Source: Dehalococcoidia bacterium | Lineage (GTDB): Bacteria > Chloroflexota > Dehalococcoidia > E44-bin15 > DAOWNJ01 | Length of the DNA: 41,651 nucleotides | Direction of reading: 5' to 3' | Assembly: GCA_034435115.1 (NCBI GenBank) | Contig: DAOTXZ010000100.1 | Location: 1 to 41,651, forward strand | The notes under the pieces: generated by a model | Told to the model about the DNA's origin: nothing | The model's database searches: none | What the model saw: the letters and a program-made list of their open reading frames with translations, nothing else | Shown here: positions 19,306 through 27,329 of the stretch, piece after piece | Position numbering within the stretch: the first letter of the stretch is position 1 | Layout: each line of letters begins with the position of its first letter | Made by a program: the position numbers and the translations under genes

Positions 19306-19767
19306 AGTGTCCACTTCTCTAAAGGCCTGCTTTGTCCCATTTTCGCTGACGACATACATTCTGAGCAACACTGATAATGCAAAGAAACGGTTTGCTTGCC
19401 TCGTCTCTAGTATGCGCGCTAACTGTGGAAGGGCGAAGGGGTATTCCATTTGCTCATAGAGCAACCTGTGCTGAAAGCTGCTGACAACAGGCCGGGTATA
19501 ACCTTTACCTAGAGTGCTGTACCTCGACTTCGCGAACAAACTCCGCTGTTTCCTCCGGTGAAAACGATATTGATGGGCAAGCCAGAGCTCATCCGAAAGC
19601 CAGCCACAGGGGTAAGAGGGGGCACTCTTGTTAGGTGCCACAGGTGGTAGCTCTTCTTCTTGTCCCCGAGCGGCGCAGTACGTATTGCATAGTTGAAATC
19701 GGGGGTTGTTCAGGCCGAGGTAAAGCTCAAGCAACATAGTCCTGAGAACGTGGGCAAGGCTTCGCAA
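19111..19767 (-). CDS. hypothetical ORF in degraded mobile DNA (probably a remnant)
   Basis: 218-aa ORF with no recognisable motif. Its 3' third is antisense to the transposase fragment. A further in-frame-interrupted piece (MTPTQIDDYLG..) lies upstream. Confidence 0.25.
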   Translation of the reverse strand: MRSLAHVLRTMLLELYLGLNNPRFQLCNTYCAARGQEEELPPVAPNKSAPSYPCGWLSDELWLAHQYRFHRRKQRSLFAKSRYSTLGKGYTRPVVSSFQHRLLYEQMEYPFALPQLARILETRQANRFFALSVLLRMYVVSENGTKQAFREVDTLKAMPLPDAPIIVPSCYRCHAFCLLSFLDYFKVTPGIDIIGRDSAAPRGNAGSYSIQQGPGWHP

Positions 19768-20269
19768 GTCTTCAGAGGCGACATTGCTGAAGAAGTGCTG
19801 GTCTTTCTTGGGGGAGTATCTAGGTCTCGAAGGGTGGGAAAAGAAGTAAGTGGAATACTAGGAGCTTGCCGGTATCTTGCACGACCCGACGGCCGACCCA
19901 AGGTAATCATCAATTTGAGTCGGGGTCATCCCTTTTCTTTAAGCATATCGAGACGGTTATCCTGACATTGATATGCCTGCTTTTTGTAGTCGCAGTTGCC
20001 TGGGAGTGGTGCAACCGCGGTTAGATAGTCAGGAGGATACTCCGGCTAACACAGGCTTCGCGGCGAATCAGAGTTCGGCCAAATACTGCCTATTTCAAGA
20101 GGCGCCGAAACTCAAGCATAAATATGATGGCTTAGAGGAGCTAATATCAAGTAACAAAAGTCCAGATTGTTCCCTCGGGTCATAGAGGCAGATTATGTTA
20201 CCCAATCCTAACGAAACGTGGAAACACTATTGAAAGCGCCTCAGCATTCGCAGAAGGATGTGAAGGGTG

Positions 20270-22276
20270 CTAAACAGGCACTTCCAGAACTATAGTAGTT
20301 CCTTTGCCCAGCTCAGAATGCAGTGTCAATTCGCCGCCCAGAAGGCGTGCCCGCTCCTGCATTCCGGCAAGGCCCAGCTTGCCGCTACGGGCCAGGTCTC
20401 CCAGCCTCTCCGGCAGCTCAAATCCCTTGCCATCATCGCTAATGGTAAGGCGGATACCGCTTTTGCCAAATTCGACGCTAACCTCAGCCCTTGAAGCTTG
20501 GGCATGCCTCCTGATATTGCTCAGCGCCTCTTGGACAATGCGGAAAAGGGGCGTTTCTACCTCTGGGGGGAAGCGCCTCTCGGTACCAACCACCTTGAGC
20601 TTTGCCTTTATGCCATGCTCCCTTTCCAGCTCGCCAATAAGCCACCCCACCGCTGGCAGCAAGCCGAGGTCATCCAATATCGAGGGGCGCAGGTCTTGGA
20701 CAAAGCGCCGCAGTCCCTGTACGGCTTCCCCAATTTGTTGGCGAAGGCCCTTTAAAAGGGCTATATCCTCCTCAGCGAGGTGGGCGCTATTGCGAAGGAT
20801 GTTGTCCAGCTGGCGTGAAGCGGCATAAAGAACTTGGGTGGTATCATCATGAAGCTCGCGGGCTATGCGTTTCCTCTCCGCCTCTTGGGCTTGGGTGGTC
20901 TGCTGAACATAGAAGCGCAGGTTCTCCTGCATCCTCTTTTCCTCGGTGACATCCCGGGCAATATGCTGGAAGCCTGTCGGCTGTCCATCGGTGGTCACTA
21001 GGCTAGTGGCAAGCATGAGGATGGCCACTGTGCCATCTCTCTTGATGAGGCGTTGCTCATAGGGTTGTTCCAGCGGTTCCCCACAGAGCAAGCTACGACG
21101 CACCATTCTGGCAACATTGAGCCCTTCCTTGTCGAGGAAGGAGGTCACGTTCATTCTGGTCAGCTCCTCCACGGTGTATCCGGTAAGCTTTTCCGATGCC
21201 TTGTTTGCCGATATGATATTACCTTCCATGTCGTGAACCCAGATGGCGTCATTGGCACCCTCAAACAGTGCTCGATAGTTTCTTTCCGAAACGCGCAGTT
21301 GCTCGGCGATGAGGCGCTCCTTTTGATACAGGCGGGCATTCTCCATGGAGATGCCTATCTGGTTGCCAATGGCACTGAGCATTTCCACCTCCTCGGGAAG
21401 GAATTCCCGGGGGCGGCGCACGGCAACGGATAGGGTGCCCACGACCATGCCTTTGGATTTCAGAGGCACAATGAGCTGGGCTTGGAGTTTCATCTCCTTT
21501 ACCGCCGTTCTGGTGAGCCTGGGATCATGAGAGGCATCCTTCACTATCAGGGGTTCTCCGCGCTCAGCCACCATCCCATTAAAGCCCTCTCCAAGCTTCA
21601 TCCTATTAACCTCCTGGGCAAATTCTTCAGAAACGCCCTCGTATGCCACCAGCTCCAGCTCCTTCTTCCTCTCATCCAAGGAAAATATCAGGACAACCTC
21701 CACCTCCATCACCTCCATGACCATCTCGATGGCTCGGTGCAGAACCTCGTGTAGCTCCAGGGACTGGGTGAGCACGGTGGAAATAGCATTGATGGTGGCG
21801 AGGCGCTTTTCATTGCTCCTGGAGAGGCGAATGTGAGCTTGAAGCTGTTGGTGAGCCTCCTCCAGTTTCTCCAGGGCTTTTCGGTGCTCTTCCTTCTCTC
21901 GCTCTAGAGACCTAAGCCAAAGACAGGCCAAAACGCCAATGAGAAGGACACATCCCACCTCGAAGAGGGCATCTGCGGGAGCAGGGGAGATAAAAACCGC
22001 CCTGGGCAACATAACAACTAGGGACACAGCAGATGTGATCACCCCCGCTCTGAGCCCGAAGACAAATCCACTGTAGACTATAGGGATCAAGAAAAGGATG
22101 CGGTCAAAAGCATGGCGAGTGAGCCCAAAGTGGAGGCTGGGGGCAGTTGTGCCCGGGATTCCCAGCTGCTCGGCATAATGGAGGATAGTGAATATCACCA
22201 TCGAGGCCAGGATCAGCCAGAAATGGCCGCTACCAAGGAGGGCGGTTAGTTGGTTGGTCCATTTCGGTGGGAACAT
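20270..22276 (-). CDS. membrane sensor histidine kinase (TM-GAF-PAS-HisKA_3-HATPase)
   Basis: About 4 N-terminal TM segments, a coiled coil, GAF and PAS-like regions, ARELHDDTTQ H-box, GKGTTIVLEVP G-box. Confidence 0.85.
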   Translation of the reverse strand: MFPPKWTNQLTALLGSGHFWLILASMVIFTILHYAEQLGIPGTTAPSLHFGLTRHAFDRILFLIPIVYSGFVFGLRAGVITSAVSLVVMLPRAVFISPAPADALFEVGCVLLIGVLACLWLRSLEREKEEHRKALEKLEEAHQQLQAHIRLSRSNEKRLATINAISTVLTQSLELHEVLHRAIEMVMEVMEVEVVLIFSLDERKKELELVAYEGVSEEFAQEVNRMKLGEGFNGMVAERGEPLIVKDASHDPRLTRTAVKEMKLQAQLIVPLKSKGMVVGTLSVAVRRPREFLPEEVEMLSAIGNQIGISMENARLYQKERLIAEQLRVSERNYRALFEGANDAIWVHDMEGNIISANKASEKLTGYTVEELTRMNVTSFLDKEGLNVARMVRRSLLCGEPLEQPYEQRLIKRDGTVAILMLATSLVTTDGQPTGFQHIARDVTEEKRMQENLRFYVQQTTQAQEAERKRIARELHDDTTQVLYAASRQLDNILRNSAHLAEEDIALLKGLRQQIGEAVQGLRRFVQDLRPSILDDLGLLPAVGWLIGELEREHGIKAKLKVVGTERRFPPEVETPLFRIVQEALSNIRRHAQASRAEVSVEFGKSGIRLTISDDGKGFELPERLGDLARSGKLGLAGMQERARLLGGELTLHSELGKGTTIVLEVPV

Positions 22277-22301
22277 CTCGCCTACCTACAGCAAGAGGCC
22301 T

Positions 22302-22997
22302 TCAGCCGATGTCATCCAGGGAGAACCACCCCCACTTCAGAGCATATATTATCGCCTCGGAGCGCGAGCCAACCCCGAGCTTATTGAAGATGCTTCTAAG
22401 GTGTGCCTGAACGGTGCGCACGCTGATAAATAGCTCGCCGGCGATATCCTTATTCCCCATGCCCTTGGCCGCCAGCTTGAGCACCTCCATCTCCCGTTCG
22501 CTTAGAAGCTCTCTGGGGTGGCCCGCCGCTGGCTTTGCTTCGCGAGGTCTCAGGTGAGCCATTATCTTTCGAACAACCACCGGGTGAAGCACTGGCTCCC
22601 CGGCGTAGACAGCACGGATGGCATCGATGAGCTCATCGCCGCTCACGCTCTTAAGCAGGTAGCCAGCGGCACCGGCCTCCATCAGGGCAAAGATGTACTC
22701 ATCGTAATCATATGCGGTGAGGATGAGCACTGCCACTGATGGCAGAAGGGATTTGATCTGTTTGGTGGCCTCAATACCATTGAGCTTGGGCATGGCGATA
22801 TCCATGATGATCACATCGGGTTTGAGTTCAATGGCAAGAGCTACTGCCTCCTCGCCACATCCGGCACCGCCCACCACCTCCATATCCGGCTCCCGCTCCA
22901 AGAGCTGACGGGTGCCCTCCCGCACCACCACATGATCATCAGCAAGCAGAATCCTGATCCTGTCCACAAGGCCTTCCCCACTGTTATTATAGTTCAT
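22302..22997 (-). CDS. NarL/LuxR-family response regulator
   Basis: ILLADDHVVVREG, IIMDIAMPKLNG, LSEREMEVLKLAAKGMGNKDIAGELFISVRTVQAHL. Lies 25 nt upstream of the kinase. Confidence 0.9.
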   Translation of the reverse strand: MNYNNSGEGLVDRIRILLADDHVVVREGTRQLLEREPDMEVVGGAGCGEEAVALAIELKPDVIIMDIAMPKLNGIEATKQIKSLLPSVAVLILTAYDYDEYIFALMEAGAAGYLLKSVSGDELIDAIRAVYAGEPVLHPVVVRKIMAHLRPREAKPAAGHPRELLSEREMEVLKLAAKGMGNKDIAGELFISVRTVQAHLRSIFNKLGVGSRSEAIIYALKWGWFSLDDIG

Positions 22998-23172
22998 CCC
23001 ATAGCCTCATTCAACTTTCGCCGATGCCTAGACCAAAATGCGTAGGTGCTAGCGCCCAGTGCATGCTGGGGCAGTCGCGTTTATGCTGTGGTAAGAATCG
23101 GTTCTAAAGCTGATGGCATCCAGTGCTCATCATGTTTAAATTAAAGGATTTAGGGGCTAAGGGAGGAAGACA

Positions 23173-23517
23173 ATGAAGGCAGTAACGGTTCAAAGAGAGG
23201 AGATTACCCAAGAAGAGACGATGGGCTTTTGGGCAGGCAAGACGCCCTGCTGGAAGATGTGCCACTGTCCTCAGATGATAAGGGAGGAGTGCCCGGCGAC
23301 CAAATACCCCTTCCACCCCTGCTGGGAGATAGAGGGCACATACTGCAAGCTGGACGATTATGGAGCCACTGGCAGGGACACCAGCATATGCCAGGTGTGC
23401 CGGGTGTACAAGCGGTGGGGTGGCAAACAGCCCATAAGGCTCAAGCTCTTCGGTAGGGGCATTGATACCTCCCTTAAGTCGCTGACGAGAATGGCCGAAG
23501 GGGAAAGGGTCAAATAG
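23173..23517 (+). CDS. small Cys-rich protein with two CW dipeptides ('two-CW'-like domain)
   Basis: 114 aa, AGGGAGGAAG RBS. TPCWKMCHCP..CPATKYPFHPCWEIEGTYC..CQVCRVYK gives 8 Cys in about 50 aa. Assignment to the 'two-CW' domain is from memory only. Confidence 0.6.
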   Translation: MKAVTVQREEITQEETMGFWAGKTPCWKMCHCPQMIREECPATKYPFHPCWEIEGTYCKLDDYGATGRDTSICQVCRVYKRWGGKQPIRLKLFGRGIDTSLKSLTRMAEGERVK

Positions 23518-23615
23518 GCTTGCTGTGGCGAGATGCAGTTACCCCGAGGCCAGCGAGATTGGGTCAAGCCTCGCCACAGTAATCAGAGGGAAGGCGCCCT
23601 GATGGGCACTTTTCC

Positions 23616-23645
23616 TTGACTCCCTTGTTTAGAATGCTGTAGAAT
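23616..23645 (+). promoter_or_regulatory. putative promoter of the hydrogenase operon
   Basis: TTGACT, 18-nt spacer, TAGAAT. A second TAGAAT copy lies 10 nt upstream of the -10 box. About 60 nt upstream of the NuoE-like start. Confidence 0.45.
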
Positions 23646-23704
23646 CGTGATCAGAGCTAGAAGAAAGCCGTTGAGGGAGAAGTGAGCTTCAAAGGGGCTA
23701 CATT

Positions 23705-24229
23705 ATGGATGGAATCGACGCTGAGATAATAGCGGAGGCGGTGGCGAAGCGGGAGGTTGGGGGCGGAATCGCGGGCAGGATCTTCAGGCAGGTACAGAGG
23801 CTGGTGGCCGACACCAGGGGGGAGCCGGGAGCGCTGATTCGCGTCCTCGAGCAGACTCAGGGGATGCTTGGCTATCTCCCCCACCCAGTGTTGAAAACCA
23901 TCTCCAGAGACTTGAGGATCCCCCTCAGCGAAATATACGGCGTAGCCAGCTTCTATCACTTCTTCACCTTGGTTCCCCGGGGCAAGTACGTGATCCAGGT
24001 CTGCATGGGCACATGCTGCTATGTGAAGGGAGGGGAGAATATCCTGAACGCTCTGAGGAAGGAGTTCGCCATCGAACCCGGTGAAACTACCACTGACGGC
24101 AGGTTCTCCTTGGAAACCGTTCGCTGCTTGGGCTGCTGTGGCCTGTCACCCGTTGTCGCCATTGGGGATCAGGTCTACCGCCAAATGACGCCGGGCAAGA
24201 TGATGGACCTTTTGAGTTCCTTCGAGTAG
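23705..24229 (+). CDS. hoxE: NuoE/HoxE-like [2Fe-2S] subunit of the NAD(P)-linked hydrogenase diaphorase
   Basis: CMGTCCYVKGG and CLGCCGLSP thioredoxin-like [2Fe-2S] motifs, 174 aa. Confidence 0.85.
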   Translation: MDGIDAEIIAEAVAKREVGGGIAGRIFRQVQRLVADTRGEPGALIRVLEQTQGMLGYLPHPVLKTISRDLRIPLSEIYGVASFYHFFTLVPRGKYVIQVCMGTCCYVKGGENILNALRKEFAIEPGETTTDGRFSLETVRCLGCCGLSPVVAIGDQVYRQMTPGKMMDLLSSFE

Positions 24230-24239
24230 GAGGTCATGG

Positions 24240-27200
24240 GTGAGGGTGATCACTAATATTGAAGCCCTAAGAGAATGGAGGCAAGAGGCCCAGAGGAAAC
24301 TAGCCGAACGGGAGAAGAATGTCCAAGTAAAGGTACATATGGGCACCTGTGGCATCTCCTCGGGGGCAAACGCCGTTCTCGATGCCTTCCGCCACAACCT
24401 AGAGAGAGGTAAGCTAATTCACGTCACCCTTTCCAAGGCAGGCTGCATTGGACTATGCAGCCATGAGCCTACCGTTACTGTCATTCATCCTAAAGGTGGA
24501 AAAGCCCTTTACCTTGATGTGACCGTAGAGATGGTCCTCCAGATAGTTGAACAGCATATAGTGGCGGGGAAGGTGATCGAGGAATGGGCGGCAAAGGAGG
24601 ATAGCCCTTTCTTTAAGTTGCAGGAGAAAAGGGTTCTCTCAAATCAAGACCTGGATGCCGGGGATATCGAGGAATATATCGCTCGCGATGGTTACCAAGC
24701 CTTGGCCAAAGTTCTTACCAAGATGAAGCCGGAAGAGGTTATCGAGGAGGTAACCAGATCGGGGCTGCGGGGTCGAGGCGGGGCTGGCTTCCCCACCGGA
24801 ACGAAGTGGGGCTTCGTCCGCGCCGCAACAGGGGAGGAAAAGTTTGTGGTTTGTAATGGAGACGAGGGCGACCCCGGCGCTTACATGGACCGCACCGTTC
24901 TAGAAGGTAACCCCCATGCGGTGATCGAAGGGATGACTATTGGGGCCTATGCCATTGGGAATGTTCGCCAGGGTTATGCCTATGTGCGCGCCGAATATCC
25001 TCTCGCCATTGAAACCCTGAGCAATGCCATTCGTCAGGCGCGAGAGCATGGTCTCTTAGGGGAGAACATCCTAGGCACCGGGTTTAGCTTCTCCATCGAT
25101 ATCTTTCCCGGGGCTGGTGCCTTCGTCTGTGGAGAGGAAACAGCCCTCCTCATCTCCATTGAGGGAAAGCGGGGCAATCCCCGCCAGAGGCCTCCCTTTC
25201 CTGCCCAGAAGGGGCTTTTCGATAAGCCCACCACCCTCAACAATGTGGAGACCTGGGCCAATGTCCCCTCCATTATCCTCAAGGGGGCCGATTGGTTTGC
25301 TGGTGTGGGAACAGGACGAAGTAAAGGGGCAAAGACCTTCTGCTTGGTGGGCAAGATAAATAACACCGCCCTCATCGAGGTTCCCCTGGGGATACCGCTG
25401 GGGCAGATAGTATTCGATATCGGCGGTGGCATCCCCAACGGGAAGAGGTTCAAGGCGGTGCAAATAGGGGGGCCCTCCGGAGGCTGTATCCCCATAGAGC
25501 ATCTCAACACCCCGGTCGATTATGAGGCGGTTACTGCATTGGGAGCGATCATGGGCTCTGGTGGCTTGATCGTGATGGACGAGGATAACTGTATGGTGGA
25601 TATGGCCAAGTTCTTCCTCCAGTTCACCAAGGACGAATCCTGCGGCAAGTGCGTTCCTTGCCGCGCTGGCATCCCCAAGATGCTGGATATCCTGACCAAG
25701 ATCACCAACGGCGAAGCCACCATGGAAGACCTCGATGTCCTCGGGCAATTGGCACAGATGGTGGGCTCGGCGTCTTTGTGCGGCCTGGGGCAAACGGCCC
25801 CCAACCCTGTCTTGAGCACGCTGCGCCACTTCCGCGATGAATACGAGGCCCACATCATCGACAAGAGGTGCCCTGCCGCCATCTGCCAGGCCCTGTTTCG
25901 GGCACCCTGTCAGCATACTTGCCCGGTGGGGCTGGATATTCCAGGTTATGTTGCCTTCATCAAAGAGGGGAAATTTGAGGAGGCCTATCGCCTGATCAGA
26001 CAAAGGCTTCCCTTCCCCTCCGTCTGTGGCCGGGTATGCCATCATCCCTGTGAGGGCAAGTGCCGTCGCGGCCAGTTGGATGAGCCCATAGCCATCAGGC
26101 ATCTCAAGAGGTTCGCCGCTGACTGGGCCTTCGAGCACGGAATCGAATATATACCACCAGTAAAGCAGAGGAGGGAAGAGAGGGTTGCCGTAATTGGCGC
26201 CGGCCCCGCCGGGCTGTCCGCAGCCCACGACCTCGCCCTGGACGGATACCGGGTTACCGTTTTTGAAGCTCTTCCTGTGGCTGGGGGTATGCTGGCAGTG
26301 GGCATTCCCGAGTATCGCCTGCCGAAGAGGATACTGAAAAAGGAGATCGAGGCCATCGAAAAACTGGGGGTCGAGATAAAGCTAAATACCCGGGTTGAAG
26401 ATATAGAATCGCTGCTCAGTGATGGATATGGGGCGGTTTATGTCGCTGTTGGTGCTCACCGCGGCGATAAGATGAACCTCTCTGGCGAGGAGCTGGAAGG
26501 GGTTTACGATGCGGTGGAGTTTCTGCGGGAGGTTAATCTGGGGGAGAAGGTGAAGGTGGGCAGGCGGGTTGCGGTCATCGGCGGCGGCAATACCGCAATC
26601 GATTCGGCCCGGGTGGCGCTGAGAATGGGTGCCCACGAGGTACATATATTCTACCGGCGGGAGAAGCAGGATATGCCGGCGATAAAGGAGGAGGTGGAGG
26701 CGGCGGAGGAGGAGGAGGGAATCCACCTCCACCTGCTCACTGCCCCCACCAGAGTGTTGAGCCATAATGGCAGGGTTTCGGGGCTGGAGCTTATTCGCAT
26801 GGCACTGGGGGAATTCGACAGCAGCGGCAGGAAAAGGCCTAACCCTATAGCAGGGTCGGAGTATACTTTCGATTGTGATATGGTCATCGGGGCCATAGGC
26901 CAAAGGCCAGATACCTCCTTCCTCAGCGGCAACGGGATCAAGATAGGGAGGGGTGGAAATATAGTGGTCGACCCCCGCACCCTTGCTACCGACCGCCTCG
27001 GGATTTTCGCCGGCGGCGATGCGGTAACCGGACCCCGGACTGTTATTGAGGCCATCGCCGCCGGGCAAAGGGCTGCCTGCTCCATCAAGAGGTATCTTGA
27101 GGGGAAGAAGCTTGAGCTGAGAATGGAGCGGGAGGACAGGGAGACCTTCGTGCTCCCCCCTGCCGAGGAGGCAGAGACCAAGGAGAAGGCTAGGGTTGCT

Positions 27201-27329
27201 ATCAGCAAGCTTCCCAGTGCGGAGAGGAGCCGCTCTTTTGAAGAGGTGGTTCGGGGTTATAGTGAGGAGAAGGCGATGGAGGAGGCAGCAAGGTGCCTCA
27301 GGTGTGATGCGGAAATCAGAGGAAAGTAA
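24240..27329 (+). CDS. hoxF: NuoF/HoxF-like FMN/NADH subunit fused to a GltD/NfnB-like FAD/NAD(P)H oxidoreductase
   Basis: 1029 aa. GRGGAGFPTGTKW, CNGDEGDPGAY, ESCGKCVPCR, SLCGLGQTAPNP. Then CPVGLDIPGYV, VCGRVCHHPCEGKCRRG, VAVIGAGPAGLSAAHDL, VAVIGGGNTAIDSAR. GTG start after a TAGGAGG RBS. Confidence 0.85.
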   Translation: MRVITNIEALREWRQEAQRKLAEREKNVQVKVHMGTCGISSGANAVLDAFRHNLERGKLIHVTLSKAGCIGLCSHEPTVTVIHPKGGKALYLDVTVEMVLQIVEQHIVAGKVIEEWAAKEDSPFFKLQEKRVLSNQDLDAGDIEEYIARDGYQALAKVLTKMKPEEVIEEVTRSGLRGRGGAGFPTGTKWGFVRAATGEEKFVVCNGDEGDPGAYMDRTVLEGNPHAVIEGMTIGAYAIGNVRQGYAYVRAEYPLAIETLSNAIRQAREHGLLGENILGTGFSFSIDIFPGAGAFVCGEETALLISIEGKRGNPRQRPPFPAQKGLFDKPTTLNNVETWANVPSIILKGADWFAGVGTGRSKGAKTFCLVGKINNTALIEVPLGIPLGQIVFDIGGGIPNGKRFKAVQIGGPSGGCIPIEHLNTPVDYEAVTALGAIMGSGGLIVMDEDNCMVDMAKFFLQFTKDESCGKCVPCRAGIPKMLDILTKITNGEATMEDLDVLGQLAQMVGSASLCGLGQTAPNPVLSTLRHFRDEYEAHIIDKRCPAAICQALFRAPCQHTCPVGLDIPGYVAFIKEGKFEEAYRLIRQRLPFPSVCGRVCHHPCEGKCRRGQLDEPIAIRHLKRFAADWAFEHGIEYIPPVKQRREERVAVIGAGPAGLSAAHDLALDGYRVTVFEALPVAGGMLAVGIPEYRLPKRILKKEIEAIEKLGVEIKLNTRVEDIESLLSDGYGAVYVAVGAHRGDKMNLSGEELEGVYDAVEFLREVNLGEKVKVGRRVAVIGGGNTAIDSARVALRMGAHEVHIFYRREKQDMPAIKEEVEAAEEEEGIHLHLLTAPTRVLSHNGRVSGLELIRMALGEFDSSGRKRPNPIAGSEYTFDCDMVIGAIGQRPDTSFLSGNGIKIGRGGNIVVDPRTLATDRLGIFAGGDAVTGPRTVIEAIAAGQRAACSIKRYLEGKKLELRMEREDRETFVLPPAEEAETKEKARVAISKLPSAERSRSFEEVVRGYSEEKAMEEAARCLRCDAEIRGK

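Noticed and set aside
18965-20171. A 13-nt direct repeat AGTCCAGATTGTT at 18965-18977 and 20159-20171, flanking the transposase fragment. These could be IS ends or a target duplication.
   Set aside because: By rough expectation, exact 13-mers recurring by chance are not rare in a 41-kb window. The flanks do not extend the match, and no terminal inverted repeats were seen.
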